From: Candidatus Heimdallarchaeota archaeon
GTDB taxonomy: Archaea; Asgardarchaeota; Heimdallarchaeia; JABLTI01
Length of the DNA: 50,824 nucleotides
Reading direction: 5' to 3'
Assembly: GCA_019056785.1 (NCBI GenBank)
Contig: DXJV01000078.1
Coordinates: 1-50,824 of the forward strand
In this document: piece by piece, positions 9,024 through 18,865 of the stretch
How positions within the stretch are numbered: the stretch's first letter is position 1
Layout of the letters: each line of letters opens with the position of its first letter
Notes under the pieces: model-generated
What the model was told of the DNA's origin: nothing
Database searches by the model: none
What the model saw: the letters and a program-made list of their open reading frames with translations, nothing else
Translations under genes and position numbers: made by a program

Positions 9024-9326
9024 TTATATTGGCGGTTGTTTATAATATTTTTTTAACCAATCATAGATTTTTTCTCTTAATTTTCGTTCGTCTTTTCCCT
9101 CGAGTGGTAAGGCTTTTCGTTCGATGTACTTGGCATGCAATCCCCTGAATTGTTTTCTTAATTGATTGGTTAATTGATGCTTCTTGCCAAAAACGGTTTC
9201 ACATTCATATAATGCATTACTTAATTCTTCAAGGACAAAATCGGAATCCAGTGATATTTCGAGGAAATTTAGCAATTCCCGTAGGTGTTTGTAGAGATTT
9301 CTATAACCAACTGGATTACCACGCAT
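9024..9326 (-). CDS. Small helical protein in the ESCRT cluster, possible stand-alone Vps28 C-terminal domain
   Basis: 100-aa ORF with ATG and GAGGT upstream; four amphipathic helices resembling the neighbouring Vps28 CTD. Confidence 0.6.
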   Translation of the reverse strand: MRGNPVGYRNLYKHLRELLNFLEISLDSDFVLEELSNALYECETVFGKKHQLTNQLRKQFRGLHAKYIERKALPLEGKDERKLREKIYDWLKKYYKQPPI

Positions 9327-9396
9327 TTTTGTACCTCTTATTATTTGCTTCTTTTTTCTTCTTGTTGCTTTATTTAAAAGGAAAAATCAAGGAACA

Positions 9397-10035
9397 CTAT
9401 TGGTTCCTTAACGATCTCCTGAAGCCATTGAGCCAGCGGACAGCTTCAAATTCAAGTCGTTTTGCTAAGCCCTCTTCTAGGACTTCATCCGGCGGCTTCA
9501 CTTCAAGCATCTCTTTCCAGTTCTCGAGTTCTTTGATGACTTCAGAATCTTTGCCATAACCCGGGAATTTACTCAAGATATCGATCATTTCCTCGAGATT
9601 AGGGACAATTAATTCCACCCTGGCGACTGAGCCCAAGCGCAATAAATCGATGAGCTCGATTGCTGTTGCCACAAAATCTGCGGTCTTTGCGGGGAGGTTT
9701 CGCATCTCAGCAAAGGGCATGGCAATAGTTTCTTCTGATGAACCTTCACTTACTGGTGCCACTCCTTCTGCGAATCGAAGTTTTTCTGCCCCATATGGAT
9801 ATTTCTTTACGATCTGTTCCCGCTCTAAAAAGCCGTCTAAATTGAACCCTTTTTTCTGCAGCAAAAATCGTGCTTTGAATGCATCTCGAATTAATGCTCG
9901 GAGTTGCCGTCGGTACATTCCAGGGTCAAGTATGCCGTCAGCAAAGCTATGGCTTAAATTATCAATTGTTGCTATGCACGAGAACAATTCCGCTTCTAAC
10001 TCTAATTGTGATTTATTTTTTGACGAGTATGACAT
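9397..10035 (-). CDS. vps28: ESCRT-I subunit Vps28
   Basis: ELEAELFSCIATIDNLSHSF.DG.L...Y..QL..LI N-terminal hairpin and a four-helix CTD (FVATAIELIDLLRL...LENW...RLEFE). Confidence 0.85.
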   Translation of the reverse strand: MSYSSKNKSQLELEAELFSCIATIDNLSHSFADGILDPGMYRRQLRALIRDAFKARFLLQKKGFNLDGFLEREQIVKKYPYGAEKLRFAEGVAPVSEGSSEETIAMPFAEMRNLPAKTADFVATAIELIDLLRLGSVARVELIVPNLEEMIDILSKFPGYGKDSEVIKELENWKEMLEVKPPDEVLEEGLAKRLEFEAVRWLNGFRRSLRNQ

Positions 10036-10045
10036 TTTTCCTACC

Positions 10046-10813
10046 TCATTTCTTTTCTAGCTCTTTTTCTACCATGTAGAGCTCTTTGGTGTACTTGCGA
10101 TATAGTTTTGCAAAGTCAACCGGGCTAATTTCACCATCTTTGAATTTTTCATCCAAAGTTGAGAGCAAATCTGCTAAGGCAACTAGTTTTGCCTGTAAGA
10201 CGAGTTTTTCATTTTCCTTATCTTTGCCAAAAAGCAAGACATCCATATCAGCTACTTCTTTTGCCGAACCGCCGGTCGTTCCTTTAACTAATTGTGCCCG
10301 CAGTTTCCGGAGCTCGTCGTCTCGTTGTTTGATTTTCTCTTGAAGTTTTGTTATTGTTTTATTTATCTTCTCCATCTCGATTTCTTGTGGGCTTTTTGCT
10401 GTTTCAAGTGATTGTAAGCGTGGTTTTTTCCGGGCTGTTTTCACTGCCCTTGTGCCATCAAGGAATTGTGGCGGCACTTTAGCGAAGAGCCGTTCTAAAT
10501 GTTGTACCACTTGGAAGACATGGGTGTCCGGTCGCCAATCATGAGTTATGCGTAACAAAACATTTCCATTTTTTTCGATGTTTGGGTGTTGGATGTTTTT
10601 CGTTAATACTCTTATTTTTGGTGGATATTGCGGGAATTTTAAGGGGATAAATACCTCTACCGGCACTTTCCGTTCGCCTTGGGGTGTGTTAATGATAATA
10701 TCTCCTTTCCATCTATTCAATTCATTTCCAATTGGTGAAAAGCCTTGCGCGTTTGAGAACATGAGCTGCGCTTCTCGAGCTATTGCCAAATCATTTATTG
10801 CATTCCGTGACAA
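10046..10813 (-). CDS. vps23: ESCRT-I UEV-Vps23/Tsg101-like subunit (UEV, coiled coil, steadiness box)
   Basis: FPQYPP and HPNIEKNGNVLL (E2 fold with the catalytic Cys replaced by Leu), central coiled coil, C-terminal LDEKFKDGEISPVDFAKLYRK steadiness box. Confidence 0.88.
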   Translation of the reverse strand: MSRNAINDLAIAREAQLMFSNAQGFSPIGNELNRWKGDIIINTPQGERKVPVEVFIPLKFPQYPPKIRVLTKNIQHPNIEKNGNVLLRITHDWRPDTHVFQVVQHLERLFAKVPPQFLDGTRAVKTARKKPRLQSLETAKSPQEIEMEKINKTITKLQEKIKQRDDELRKLRAQLVKGTTGGSAKEVADMDVLLFGKDKENEKLVLQAKLVALADLLSTLDEKFKDGEISPVDFAKLYRKYTKELYMVEKELEKK

Positions 10814-11246
10814 AGTCTTCGATTTCTCCTCTATTACTATCTATTACAAACACTAATTTAAACATTAATAATTGACCAAAGTTTATTTTTTTCGGGGAAG
10901 AACTTTTCCTTCCATGTTTTTATTATGCTCTAATATGCTAAAAATCTGTCTTTTTTATTTCTTCTTTTTTTCTTTTGAGTTTCTCTCTTGTGTTGTGCGT
11001 TTGGCGCTTAGTTTGCTGTCATTTCTTCTTTACGTTTTTAGCGGAGATAAATTACAGATAATTTTCTTTTAAACCTTCTTTTTGCTGCCACTTCTGAATT
11101 TTCATATACTAACAAAATTATTATAAAGTAATCTTCTTAAAAGGTGTTGTTTAACAGCGTAGAAAAGCTTAGCTCTTAATTAAATGTGTTATGCATGTTA
11201 AACTTAATAAACGAAAAACAGTAAGCATAGTGTAGTACAAAAAAGA

Positions 11247-12350
11247 GTGATTACTATGAGTGAATTTTCATTCTGGGACCGTGTTAAGAAAAAATTAGGA
11301 ATCTACAAAGAACCAAAAGAAGTGGAAACTGCAGAAGCTTTTGAGCTGCCTGACGATCCCAATCTTTTAATTGCTGTGAGAAATCTCAAGAAGCATTTTC
11401 TCGTTGCCGGTGGGGGACTTATTTTCAATCGTACGCCAATTTTTCTAAAAGCCGTTGATGGCATCTCCTTTGATGTCCGAAAAGGCGAAACTGTTGGCAT
11501 TGTCGGTGAGTCTGGTTGTGGAAAGTCAACTGCTGCAAGAGCTATCCTCCAATTGTTAAAACCAACCTCAGGCCATGTTTTCTTTAGAACCGAATCTGGT
11601 GAATTTGTTGATCTTGTTGGGCTTGATAAAAAAGAATTGCGAGATATGCGAAGACAGATGCAAATCGTCTTTCAAGACCCCTCTGCTTCCTTAAATCCGA
11701 GAATGACTGCTTTTGACATTATCTCCGAACCGTTAATTATTCATAATGTCGCTTCTGGCGATGAATTGAAGATTCGAACCATTGAGTTAATGGAAAAAGT
11801 TGGTTTAATGATTCATCACGCTTTTCGATTTCCGCACGAATTCTCTGGCGGGCAGAAGCAGCGTGTAGGTATTGCTCGTGCCTTAGCACTTAACCCAGAA
11901 TTCGTTATTCTTGATGAGCCCGTCTCAGCATTAGATGTCTCGGTCCGTGCTGCTGTTTTAATGCTCTTACGAGACTTACAACGAGAATTTAATCTTGCAT
12001 ATATTTTCATTGCTCATGACCTTTCTGTTATTCGTATGATCTCTGACACAGTCTGTGTTATGTATCTTGGCAGATTAGTGGAAGTCGGGACAGTCGAAGA
12101 AATTTTTGAAGACATGCGTCATCCCTACACCCGGGCACTGATCTCCGCCATTCCGATCCCAGATCCTACTGTTAAACCTGAGCGTATCTTTCTTGAAGGC
12201 GATCCTCCCTCTCCAGTAGCGCCTCCTCCAGGTTGCAACTTCCATCCACGCTGCCCGATAGCAACCTCTATTTGTACACAAGAGGAACCACCGAGAATTC
12301 AAGTTTCTCCCACTCACTTTGTTGAATGTCATCACGTTACAACAAAATGA
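11247..12350 (+). CDS. Oligopeptide/dipeptide ABC transporter ATP-binding subunit (OppF/AppF-like)
   Basis: GESGCGKS, FSGGQKQR, ILDEPVSALD, HPYT and GCNFHPRC C-terminal domain. Confidence 0.93.
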   Translation: MITMSEFSFWDRVKKKLGIYKEPKEVETAEAFELPDDPNLLIAVRNLKKHFLVAGGGLIFNRTPIFLKAVDGISFDVRKGETVGIVGESGCGKSTAARAILQLLKPTSGHVFFRTESGEFVDLVGLDKKELRDMRRQMQIVFQDPSASLNPRMTAFDIISEPLIIHNVASGDELKIRTIELMEKVGLMIHHAFRFPHEFSGGQKQRVGIARALALNPEFVILDEPVSALDVSVRAAVLMLLRDLQREFNLAYIFIAHDLSVIRMISDTVCVMYLGRLVEVGTVEEIFEDMRHPYTRALISAIPIPDPTVKPERIFLEGDPPSPVAPPPGCNFHPRCPIATSICTQEEPPRIQVSPTHFVECHHVTTK

Positions 12351-12381
12351 GCGTCGCTGTAAAGAACCCGTTAGGTTTCCC

Positions 12382-13704
12382 CTAACACTCTTTTTTTCTC
12401 TTTTTAGTTTTTACAAGTACGAGGGGGATAATTGTTATAAGCATTATTGCTGCAGCAAGCAGAAACACCCACGGGTAGCCGCCTAGTTGTTTTATTGTTT
12501 CATTACTTTCTTTTCCTTCGAGAATAATGCCTTGAATGATTGTTGCAACCGGTTTTGCCATTGAGGCAAATGCGAAAAACAGCCCGAGATAGGTTGCTTC
12601 TTTTCCTTGCGGAACACTTTCTGCTGGGAGCGTGAACTGGAAAATGCTCAAGAGGATATTCCCAAAAGCGCCAAGAAATACGATGAAATAGATCCAATTG
12701 AATGTCTTCATAACTGTGAGTAATAAGCAAAAGAGGGCATAAATTCCACTTGTGAGTATACTCCCTGAAATTTTCTCTAACTTCGTTGTCAGTAAAAAAG
12801 TAGGAATAAGAAGAAAAACAACAAATCCCCCCATCAGGATGTTGCTGCTAACTGCTGCCATCGTATTAGAAACGGAGAAGCGTTTTGTCAAAGAGTCTAT
12901 AAGTCCTGTTTCTACAAGGTGCGAGCTAAACGCCCACAACGAACCAACGAGAAAGAGTAAGAGCCACGAGCTTTTGGCGAAAATCTCACCATTGTTTTCT
13001 CTTTCAACTTCTATTCTTGTTTCTAATTGCTCTTTGTCCATTTTTTTTCTGATTGGCTGAGAAATTGCTGTCAGTAGTGCCGTGCTTAGTAGCGCACTTC
13101 CAATTATCAACCAAATTATCCAGGGGATCTTTTTGTCTATTAATCTTGAAAAGCTAACTGTGGCAATTGCTGCGCCAAAGGCACCGATAAAATTGACACA
13201 GATTGCAGCTGCTACTTTTTCATTTCTATTGAATAATTCCGGAAAGAACGCCAACCAGGGTGCATAAGCGCATCCTATAAAGAAATGTCCCAAAACTAGG
13301 AGCAACATTATTAACGAGAATCGTAGCTGCTGTTCCTTAACAACGCTGGTTGCTAATGGCAAACTAAAAATAAACACACAACTGACTATTGTCCCCAGTA
13401 AAAGCATTTGTTCTCTTGTAAACTTATGCTTAAGGCTATCACTTAATATCCCCCCGCCTATCGTTCCTATCCCGAGCGCGACAAGTGCACCGGCTAAAAG
13501 CACTGATTCTTTAATACTAGAGGTAATGCCGGCAAATTCCATGATCGCTCGAAATTGTACGTAATCTGCCGTGATCAGAAAATTCATTCCAAAATTAAAA
13601 AGGCCAACGATTACAAAAAGCCTAATTATTCCTTCTTGTTTTGAAAGACGCTCCATGATGCTTGCAAAGTTTTCTTTACTCATGTCTTTCCATCCAAAAG
13701 GCAA
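12382..13704 (-). CDS. MFS transporter
   Basis: 12 TM pattern, GILSD motif A-like, PELF and PAESVP loops. Confidence 0.8.
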   Translation of the reverse strand: MPFGWKDMSKENFASIMERLSKQEGIIRLFVIVGLFNFGMNFLITADYVQFRAIMEFAGITSSIKESVLLAGALVALGIGTIGGGILSDSLKHKFTREQMLLLGTIVSCVFIFSLPLATSVVKEQQLRFSLIMLLLVLGHFFIGCAYAPWLAFFPELFNRNEKVAAAICVNFIGAFGAAIATVSFSRLIDKKIPWIIWLIIGSALLSTALLTAISQPIRKKMDKEQLETRIEVERENNGEIFAKSSWLLLFLVGSLWAFSSHLVETGLIDSLTKRFSVSNTMAAVSSNILMGGFVVFLLIPTFLLTTKLEKISGSILTSGIYALFCLLLTVMKTFNWIYFIVFLGAFGNILLSIFQFTLPAESVPQGKEATYLGLFFAFASMAKPVATIIQGIILEGKESNETIKQLGGYPWVFLLAAAIMLITIIPLVLVKTKKRKKEC

Positions 13705-13863
13705 ACGTTCTCTACTTATTGGCTTCTCAAATCATAGAGGTTCGATTTTTCCTTATCTTACTCTTCAAGCTTTTTTCTTATAAAGCTCTAAATGTTGTTT
13801 TCGTGAGAGAAAAGTTAATTATTTATGAATCGTAATTACATTTTATCTCTATAAGAACTAAAT

Positions 13864-14322
13864 GTGATATTAATGGCGTTTGAAAATTTCAATCTTTGGT
13901 ATTACTGGCTGATTCTGGTGGTTTCCCTTCTCCTCCTGACATTAGCTCTCTATCTTGGCGTTCGAATTATTTGTGGGCGGAAAAAATTGGATGCCAGTTA
14001 TTTCTTCCGGCTCTTTTTTGTCTCCATTATCCTTCTCGTTGCTGTTGAAGCGGTTGCTCAGGCTTTGGCGACGATTACTGATATACTTGTTTTTTCAACC
14101 ATGTTTTACATCTTCTTGACTATTGGCTTCATCTTAGTTATCCGCTATCTTCTTATGGTCCCCGCTGTTCTTCCGCATGCTGCCGGTTCGGGCGATAAAT
14201 ACTGGCAATGGTCTATTTGGATCACCATTATCTCGTTGTTTTTAATATTGGCAATTGCTTATATTATCTATGCAATTTCTAGTGCTTTTGGCCAACCCCT
14301 CTACATCTTTGTTCCGGGTTAA
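13864..14322 (+). CDS. Small 4-TM membrane protein
   Basis: Four hydrophobic helices; T-tract after the stop. Confidence 0.7.
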   Translation: MILMAFENFNLWYYWLILVVSLLLLTLALYLGVRIICGRKKLDASYFFRLFFVSIILLVAVEAVAQALATITDILVFSTMFYIFLTIGFILVIRYLLMVPAVLPHAAGSGDKYWQWSIWITIISLFLILAIAYIIYAISSAFGQPLYIFVPG

Positions 14323-14406
14323 CCGCCCTTTTTCTTTTTTTCCCCTCGAAATTTATTAAAAAATAGATAAAAAATATAAACTCTTAAGTTATCCTCATCT
14401 CTAAAG

Positions 14407-14841
14407 GTGAAAAGTTTGACAGCTGAGCAGCCACGTGGTGTTTCGAATGCTATATTAGATTCCACTGTTTTAGTTCTCGACTCCGGCGAATTATTATGGT
14501 CGCCTAATCGGGGAACACAAGAGAAGTGGGAAGAAGATGTATTATTTGCTGGGTTGATGGTTGCTCTAAATCAATTGTTTTCTTCACTTTACAATGAGAA
14601 TATTTATACTATTCAGAGCAAGGACCAACGCTCAATCATTGTGATGTATTCCAAGCCTGAAAACAATTGGTATTTAATTGCCCGAAGCCGGTATACGGAA
14701 AAGTCTGTTATCTATGATTTGATGGAAGAGTTAGGGGACACGCTTTCAATTGGTCTTGGGCCCACTCTCTCACATGATTCAGCAAATCTTGACATGATTG
14801 ATTACGTCATTGATAACGTCATCAGCTCCTTCTCAGGGTAA
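14407..14841 (+). CDS. Longin-like domain protein (Asgard type)
   Basis: VLVLDSGELLW strands, DVLFAGLMVALNQLFSSLYNENIYTI helix-strand, then two strands and a helix: the longin order. Confidence 0.65.
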   Translation: MKSLTAEQPRGVSNAILDSTVLVLDSGELLWSPNRGTQEKWEEDVLFAGLMVALNQLFSSLYNENIYTIQSKDQRSIIVMYSKPENNWYLIARSRYTEKSVIYDLMEELGDTLSIGLGPTLSHDSANLDMIDYVIDNVISSFSG

Positions 14842-15001
14842 TTTTCCTCTCTTTAAAAAAACCTCTATTCTCCTTCTTTATGGCTCAAACCAAATAATTT
14901 TAAATTGATGTTGAAGTTATTATTTAATAGACAATTGAATTTCTTATTCATCATTGTTGAGTGCTCAATAATAGATGGATAATTCGGAGGTCTTAAATTA
15001 A

Positions 15002-15622
15002 ATGTCAGAAGAAGAACCACCAAAAACTCCCGAAGTTGAAGAAGAGACTCAAGCTGCTTCGGCAGAAGCCGCTGCACAACCTGATGCCTCTGCTGAAGAG
15101 CTTGCACGCGTTAAAAATGAATTGGCTGCTAAAGAAGATGAGATTGCAGCCTTAAAAGATAAGATTAACCAACTTGAAGCTGCTGCTACGGGCTACGAGG
15201 AGAAGATAAATAAGCTAACCAGTGAACTTGAAGAGCTTAAGAAAGCGGATGTTGCAAGTAAAGAAACAATAAAAGATCTGGAACATCGCTTGTCTCAGAA
15301 AGAACTCGAAGTAACCCGCCTAGAAGGCTCTGTAGAAGACTTAAGCATTGCCAAAAAGAAAATAGAAGACCTTCAAGTAGAATACAAAAAACTCGAAGAA
15401 AAACTTCGTGCTTTCCAGAAAATCGCTGAAAATGAGCCTCGATTTATTATTCTTAACGACTTGGAAGAATTTGGGGAAATGCGCTTAAACCAGGTTGCTA
15501 TGAAAGCAGGCGTTTCTCCTGCCCAAGCAAAGAAATGGCTTGATGAGCTAGAGCATGCTGGGCTCGTAGAAATTCATGGCGAAGGACGCGATAGCAATCC
15601 TCTTGTTTCCAAGAAGAAATAA
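15002..15622 (+). CDS. Coiled-coil protein with C-terminal winged HTH
   Basis: About 110-aa heptad region, then RFIILNDL..GEMRLNQVAMKAGVSPAQAKKWLDELEHAGLVEI. Confidence 0.8.
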   Translation: MSEEEPPKTPEVEEETQAASAEAAAQPDASAEELARVKNELAAKEDEIAALKDKINQLEAAATGYEEKINKLTSELEELKKADVASKETIKDLEHRLSQKELEVTRLEGSVEDLSIAKKKIEDLQVEYKKLEEKLRAFQKIAENEPRFIILNDLEEFGEMRLNQVAMKAGVSPAQAKKWLDELEHAGLVEIHGEGRDSNPLVSKKK

Positions 15623-15642
15623 GCAGTAAAACTTGTCCCATG

Positions 15643-15689
15643 GTATCCAAAAGATCGGCTTTTTTTGGATACTTCTCATTCTTTTTTTT
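15643..15689 (+). terminator. Hairpin plus T-tract after the coiled-coil gene
   Basis: GTATCCAAAA/TTTTGGATAC 10-bp stem followed by a T-rich run. Confidence 0.55.
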
Positions 15690-15830
15690 GCAAAGGGCAA
15701 CTTTTAAAATTCATTAAACATTAAAAAATAAAGACAAAGAAGTTTTAAATTTAAACAGCTATAATAATTTATCAAATATCTCCAGTAGGAGAAGTTATAG
15801 TGTCGGTCATTATCAATGGCCCTGGCTTGA

Positions 15831-18197
15831 TTGGAGGTTATCCATCTGCGCGAAAAAAGGTTTGCTTTAAAATTATCACGAAATTCTTTTTGCGGCCTTT
15901 TACTTGTAATTCTTATACTTCTCATGCAGTTTGGTGTAACGGCTGTTGTCTCTGACCCTGATTATTCCTTTTCCTATGATGATTTCTCTAATGTTGAACT
16001 GGTGGAAGAAATTAAAATTTCAACCGGGAAGCTAATTGGTCTTTATAATGAAAAATTGGGCATTTTCTTATGGAATGTCCAGAACCCTTTGAATTTGTCT
16101 CGCTATGGAAATCTCACAGATCTTACCAATAGTGATGAATGCTTAAAACAGCTGGATGCACAGAAATGGCTGGAAGGTCTTGCACAGGATATCTCCTTGC
16201 AATACATGATTCTTAAACGGAATGTTCAAATTGCTTTTGATACGGTTGGTTCTGTAGAAGAGGAAAGCCGGTTTAATCGTGAATGGGTCTTCATGACTGA
16301 AGGCATTATTTCTTGGATTTATTATCGGGTAGCTACCAATGATGAACTTATTGATATCTTAAGTTCCATCTCCGCGAACCATGATGGCTTCAGTGAGTTT
16401 TGGGACAGTTTAATCCGCCCGAAATATAATCCCATTATTGGCGAGCGTGTTGCTCTTTTGCCTGATACTCTCGAGTTGGGGGCAAAAATCCTTCGAGCAG
16501 TAGAATTTATGCCCTATTTCACCTCCTATGAGCGTTATTCCATTCTCCTTCTCTCTGAGATTGCGAGCAGATGGTGGCAGTTAGTAAATCAATATGCTTT
16601 GTTTGACCCTGAATTTGCTGTCGCCGGTTTGGGCGATTCTTATTTACACTCTTATTCGGAAAAGTGGCTTGGTTGGAAAACTCTTCAATTGTTATTTGAG
16701 AACGGCACGTTCGCACCCATTGATGTGTTTCTTCCAGAGCATCAAGACTTCCAGAATTATCTTTATACTTCGCCTCAAATCGCTTTATTATATGTAAAAT
16801 ATATGCGGAAATATTCCGCCGGCAGTGCCATAAATTGGCTTGAAGAACGTTCTTCAGAATATCCCATTAACAACGTCGTCCTTGCACGCTCATTTTCGAA
16901 GATTTTGAATGCTTATGCTGACCACATTGCTTGGGTTGACAAGCAATTGCTCTATATCTTTAACCCATTTGGAAATAACAGCTGGCTTTCTCTTGACAAA
17001 CGATTTTCAGGTTATTCTTATGTTTGGTCGAAGTATTTCATTGGCTCACAAGATTCTGATAACGATCTTAATCAATACAAAGTCGACGATTCTCCCCTCA
17101 AGAAGACCGGCCTGCGGACTTTTCAAGGTGCAGGTGATATCAGAGGGTTGATGGATATTTATGCATTACTTTCTGAAGGGTTCATCCGAGATTCGAGCAT
17201 TCAAGTAATTGAAGAAAAAGCCCTCTTACTCCTTAAAGAAATTTTACGCGCAAAAAGAGCAGACAATTCATTCCTTTTCAGTCCCTATTTTGGCACTGCT
17301 CTCGGAATGGATATTGTTAATAGTCCATTAATTAACGATGCCGAATTAATTCATCCGGATATTTTACCTCAAGGCTTGAAACGTTTCACAGGCACAATGT
17401 CTGTTTTATCATTTCTCTTGAATGCCTACCGAGAGCTACTTACCATTGGTTCGTATCAGGATAAAATTTTGGCCCGAGAATTTGCAGCCTTCCAAGAAGA
17501 CTTTAAAGAGACAATTATGAGCATCGGGGAGTTTTTACTCTCAAAAATTAATAAAAAGACGATGGGCATTCAAAAGCAAGTGATTATTGGAAATGTCCTT
17601 GGTGGTCATGAGACTTATCCCTATTACAAAGTTAAAAGTGTAAAGGTTACAGTTGATCTTAGGCATATTGGTATGCCTTTTAATGAATTACCTGACTGGC
17701 TTTACATTTTTGATAGCTTTAATGTAAAGGGGAAAACCCTCCTCTATCAATGGGATTATCTCTTTCTCTTGAAAGAGCTCTTCCTTTTATTTAATGAAAA
17801 ACGATTCATTGACCCTGCTTTTGAAACGCTTTTGACTTTTAAGCAGGACTACTCGGAAGATGAGCAATACCAATTAACTGCTATCTGTGAAGCAAAGGAT
17901 GCTGTTGCTCATTATTTCTTTGAGCCTACTTATTTTGTGGATACTGTTGAGCTTTGTGATAATACAGGCTATTTTGACCTCATTCCCTATTCTTATCGTG
18001 CAGAAGTTTTGCCGGTCACAAGTGCTTTTGCTACTGAAACGCCGCAACAAGTCACCGGTTTGATCTTAACTGTTCTTCCTTCTCTTCTCAAGGACCTCTT
18101 CTATGATCCTATGAACAGAGTCATTCTTATTGGCTTTCTCACGGGATTCGTCTTAACAGTTATTGTTATTTATCTCAAACGGCCAAAATATCAATGA
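15831..18197 (+). CDS. Large exported, C-terminally anchored hypothetical protein
   Basis: 788-aa ORF with N-terminal signal/TM and C-terminal TM followed by KRPK. Start uncertain. Confidence 0.75.
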   Translation: MEVIHLREKRFALKLSRNSFCGLLLVILILLMQFGVTAVVSDPDYSFSYDDFSNVELVEEIKISTGKLIGLYNEKLGIFLWNVQNPLNLSRYGNLTDLTNSDECLKQLDAQKWLEGLAQDISLQYMILKRNVQIAFDTVGSVEEESRFNREWVFMTEGIISWIYYRVATNDELIDILSSISANHDGFSEFWDSLIRPKYNPIIGERVALLPDTLELGAKILRAVEFMPYFTSYERYSILLLSEIASRWWQLVNQYALFDPEFAVAGLGDSYLHSYSEKWLGWKTLQLLFENGTFAPIDVFLPEHQDFQNYLYTSPQIALLYVKYMRKYSAGSAINWLEERSSEYPINNVVLARSFSKILNAYADHIAWVDKQLLYIFNPFGNNSWLSLDKRFSGYSYVWSKYFIGSQDSDNDLNQYKVDDSPLKKTGLRTFQGAGDIRGLMDIYALLSEGFIRDSSIQVIEEKALLLLKEILRAKRADNSFLFSPYFGTALGMDIVNSPLINDAELIHPDILPQGLKRFTGTMSVLSFLLNAYRELLTIGSYQDKILAREFAAFQEDFKETIMSIGEFLLSKINKKTMGIQKQVIIGNVLGGHETYPYYKVKSVKVTVDLRHIGMPFNELPDWLYIFDSFNVKGKTLLYQWDYLFLLKELFLLFNEKRFIDPAFETLLTFKQDYSEDEQYQLTAICEAKDAVAHYFFEPTYFVDTVELCDNTGYFDLIPYSYRAEVLPVTSAFATETPQQVTGLILTVLPSLLKDLFYDPMNRVILIGFLTGFVLTVIVIYLKRPKYQ

Positions 18198-18271
18198 TTT
18201 TTGGCACTGTTACCGCTCTTTTTTTTACTTTCATTAACCATACCAAGACTTAAATATTATATAAACCAATA

Positions 18272-18865
18272 TTGTTTAGTAATCTCTACCAAACAGAGGA
18301 GTTCCCCCCCTTGCAATCCTTTGAGAATAAAATAAATGCTTTTTTGAAAACAATAACAAAAGCAAAAACACGTTACCCTGCTGAAATTTTGAAACTAAAT
18401 GATGACAAATATGCTTTTGTTAGCACTCATTCCATTAAGATTCTCACTGAAACTCAAAAGGAGTTAGTCGAGCTATTAATTGATGGCCCCCGGACAGGGG
18501 CTGATCTTGCGCGGCTTACCGAAGAACTCCCCCATCTAACGAAAAAGTCACCACAATTCATTTCCAAATACATGACGGATCTCATTAAATGGGGAATTGT
18601 GGAACATATAGAAGCTCCGTTTGGTCGCTCTAAATTTTATGTCTTGAAATTTGATATTAAGAGTGAAGAAGAAATCAAAAAAGTTCACAATCAAGTCATC
18701 CCTGCCTCTATTAAAAAAGAAATTGAAAAGCGAGGGGAAGTGGGGAGTTTGATGTCACTCTCATTCAAAGAAATCCTGGACCTCATCCGGGAGCTCAAAG
18801 ATACCGAAAAACAAAAAGTCCTTGACTTCATAATAGACTATTGTCAGGAAGTCGAGGAGGACTAG
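18272..18865 (+). CDS. Winged-helix DNA-binding protein
   Basis: LTETQKELVELLIDGPRTGADLA..SPQFISKYMTDLIKWGIVE..GRSKFYVL. Start uncertain. Confidence 0.7.
   Translation: MFSNLYQTEEFPPLQSFENKINAFLKTITKAKTRYPAEILKLNDDKYAFVSTHSIKILTETQKELVELLIDGPRTGADLARLTEELPHLTKKSPQFISKYMTDLIKWGIVEHIEAPFGRSKFYVLKFDIKSEEEIKKVHNQVIPASIKKEIEKRGEVGSLMSLSFKEILDLIRELKDTEKQKVLDFIIDYCQEVEED

Noticed and set aside
10046-10813. Active ubiquitin-conjugating E2 enzyme
   Set aside because: The catalytic Cys position is Leu, and the coiled coil plus steadiness box indicate UEV-Vps23.
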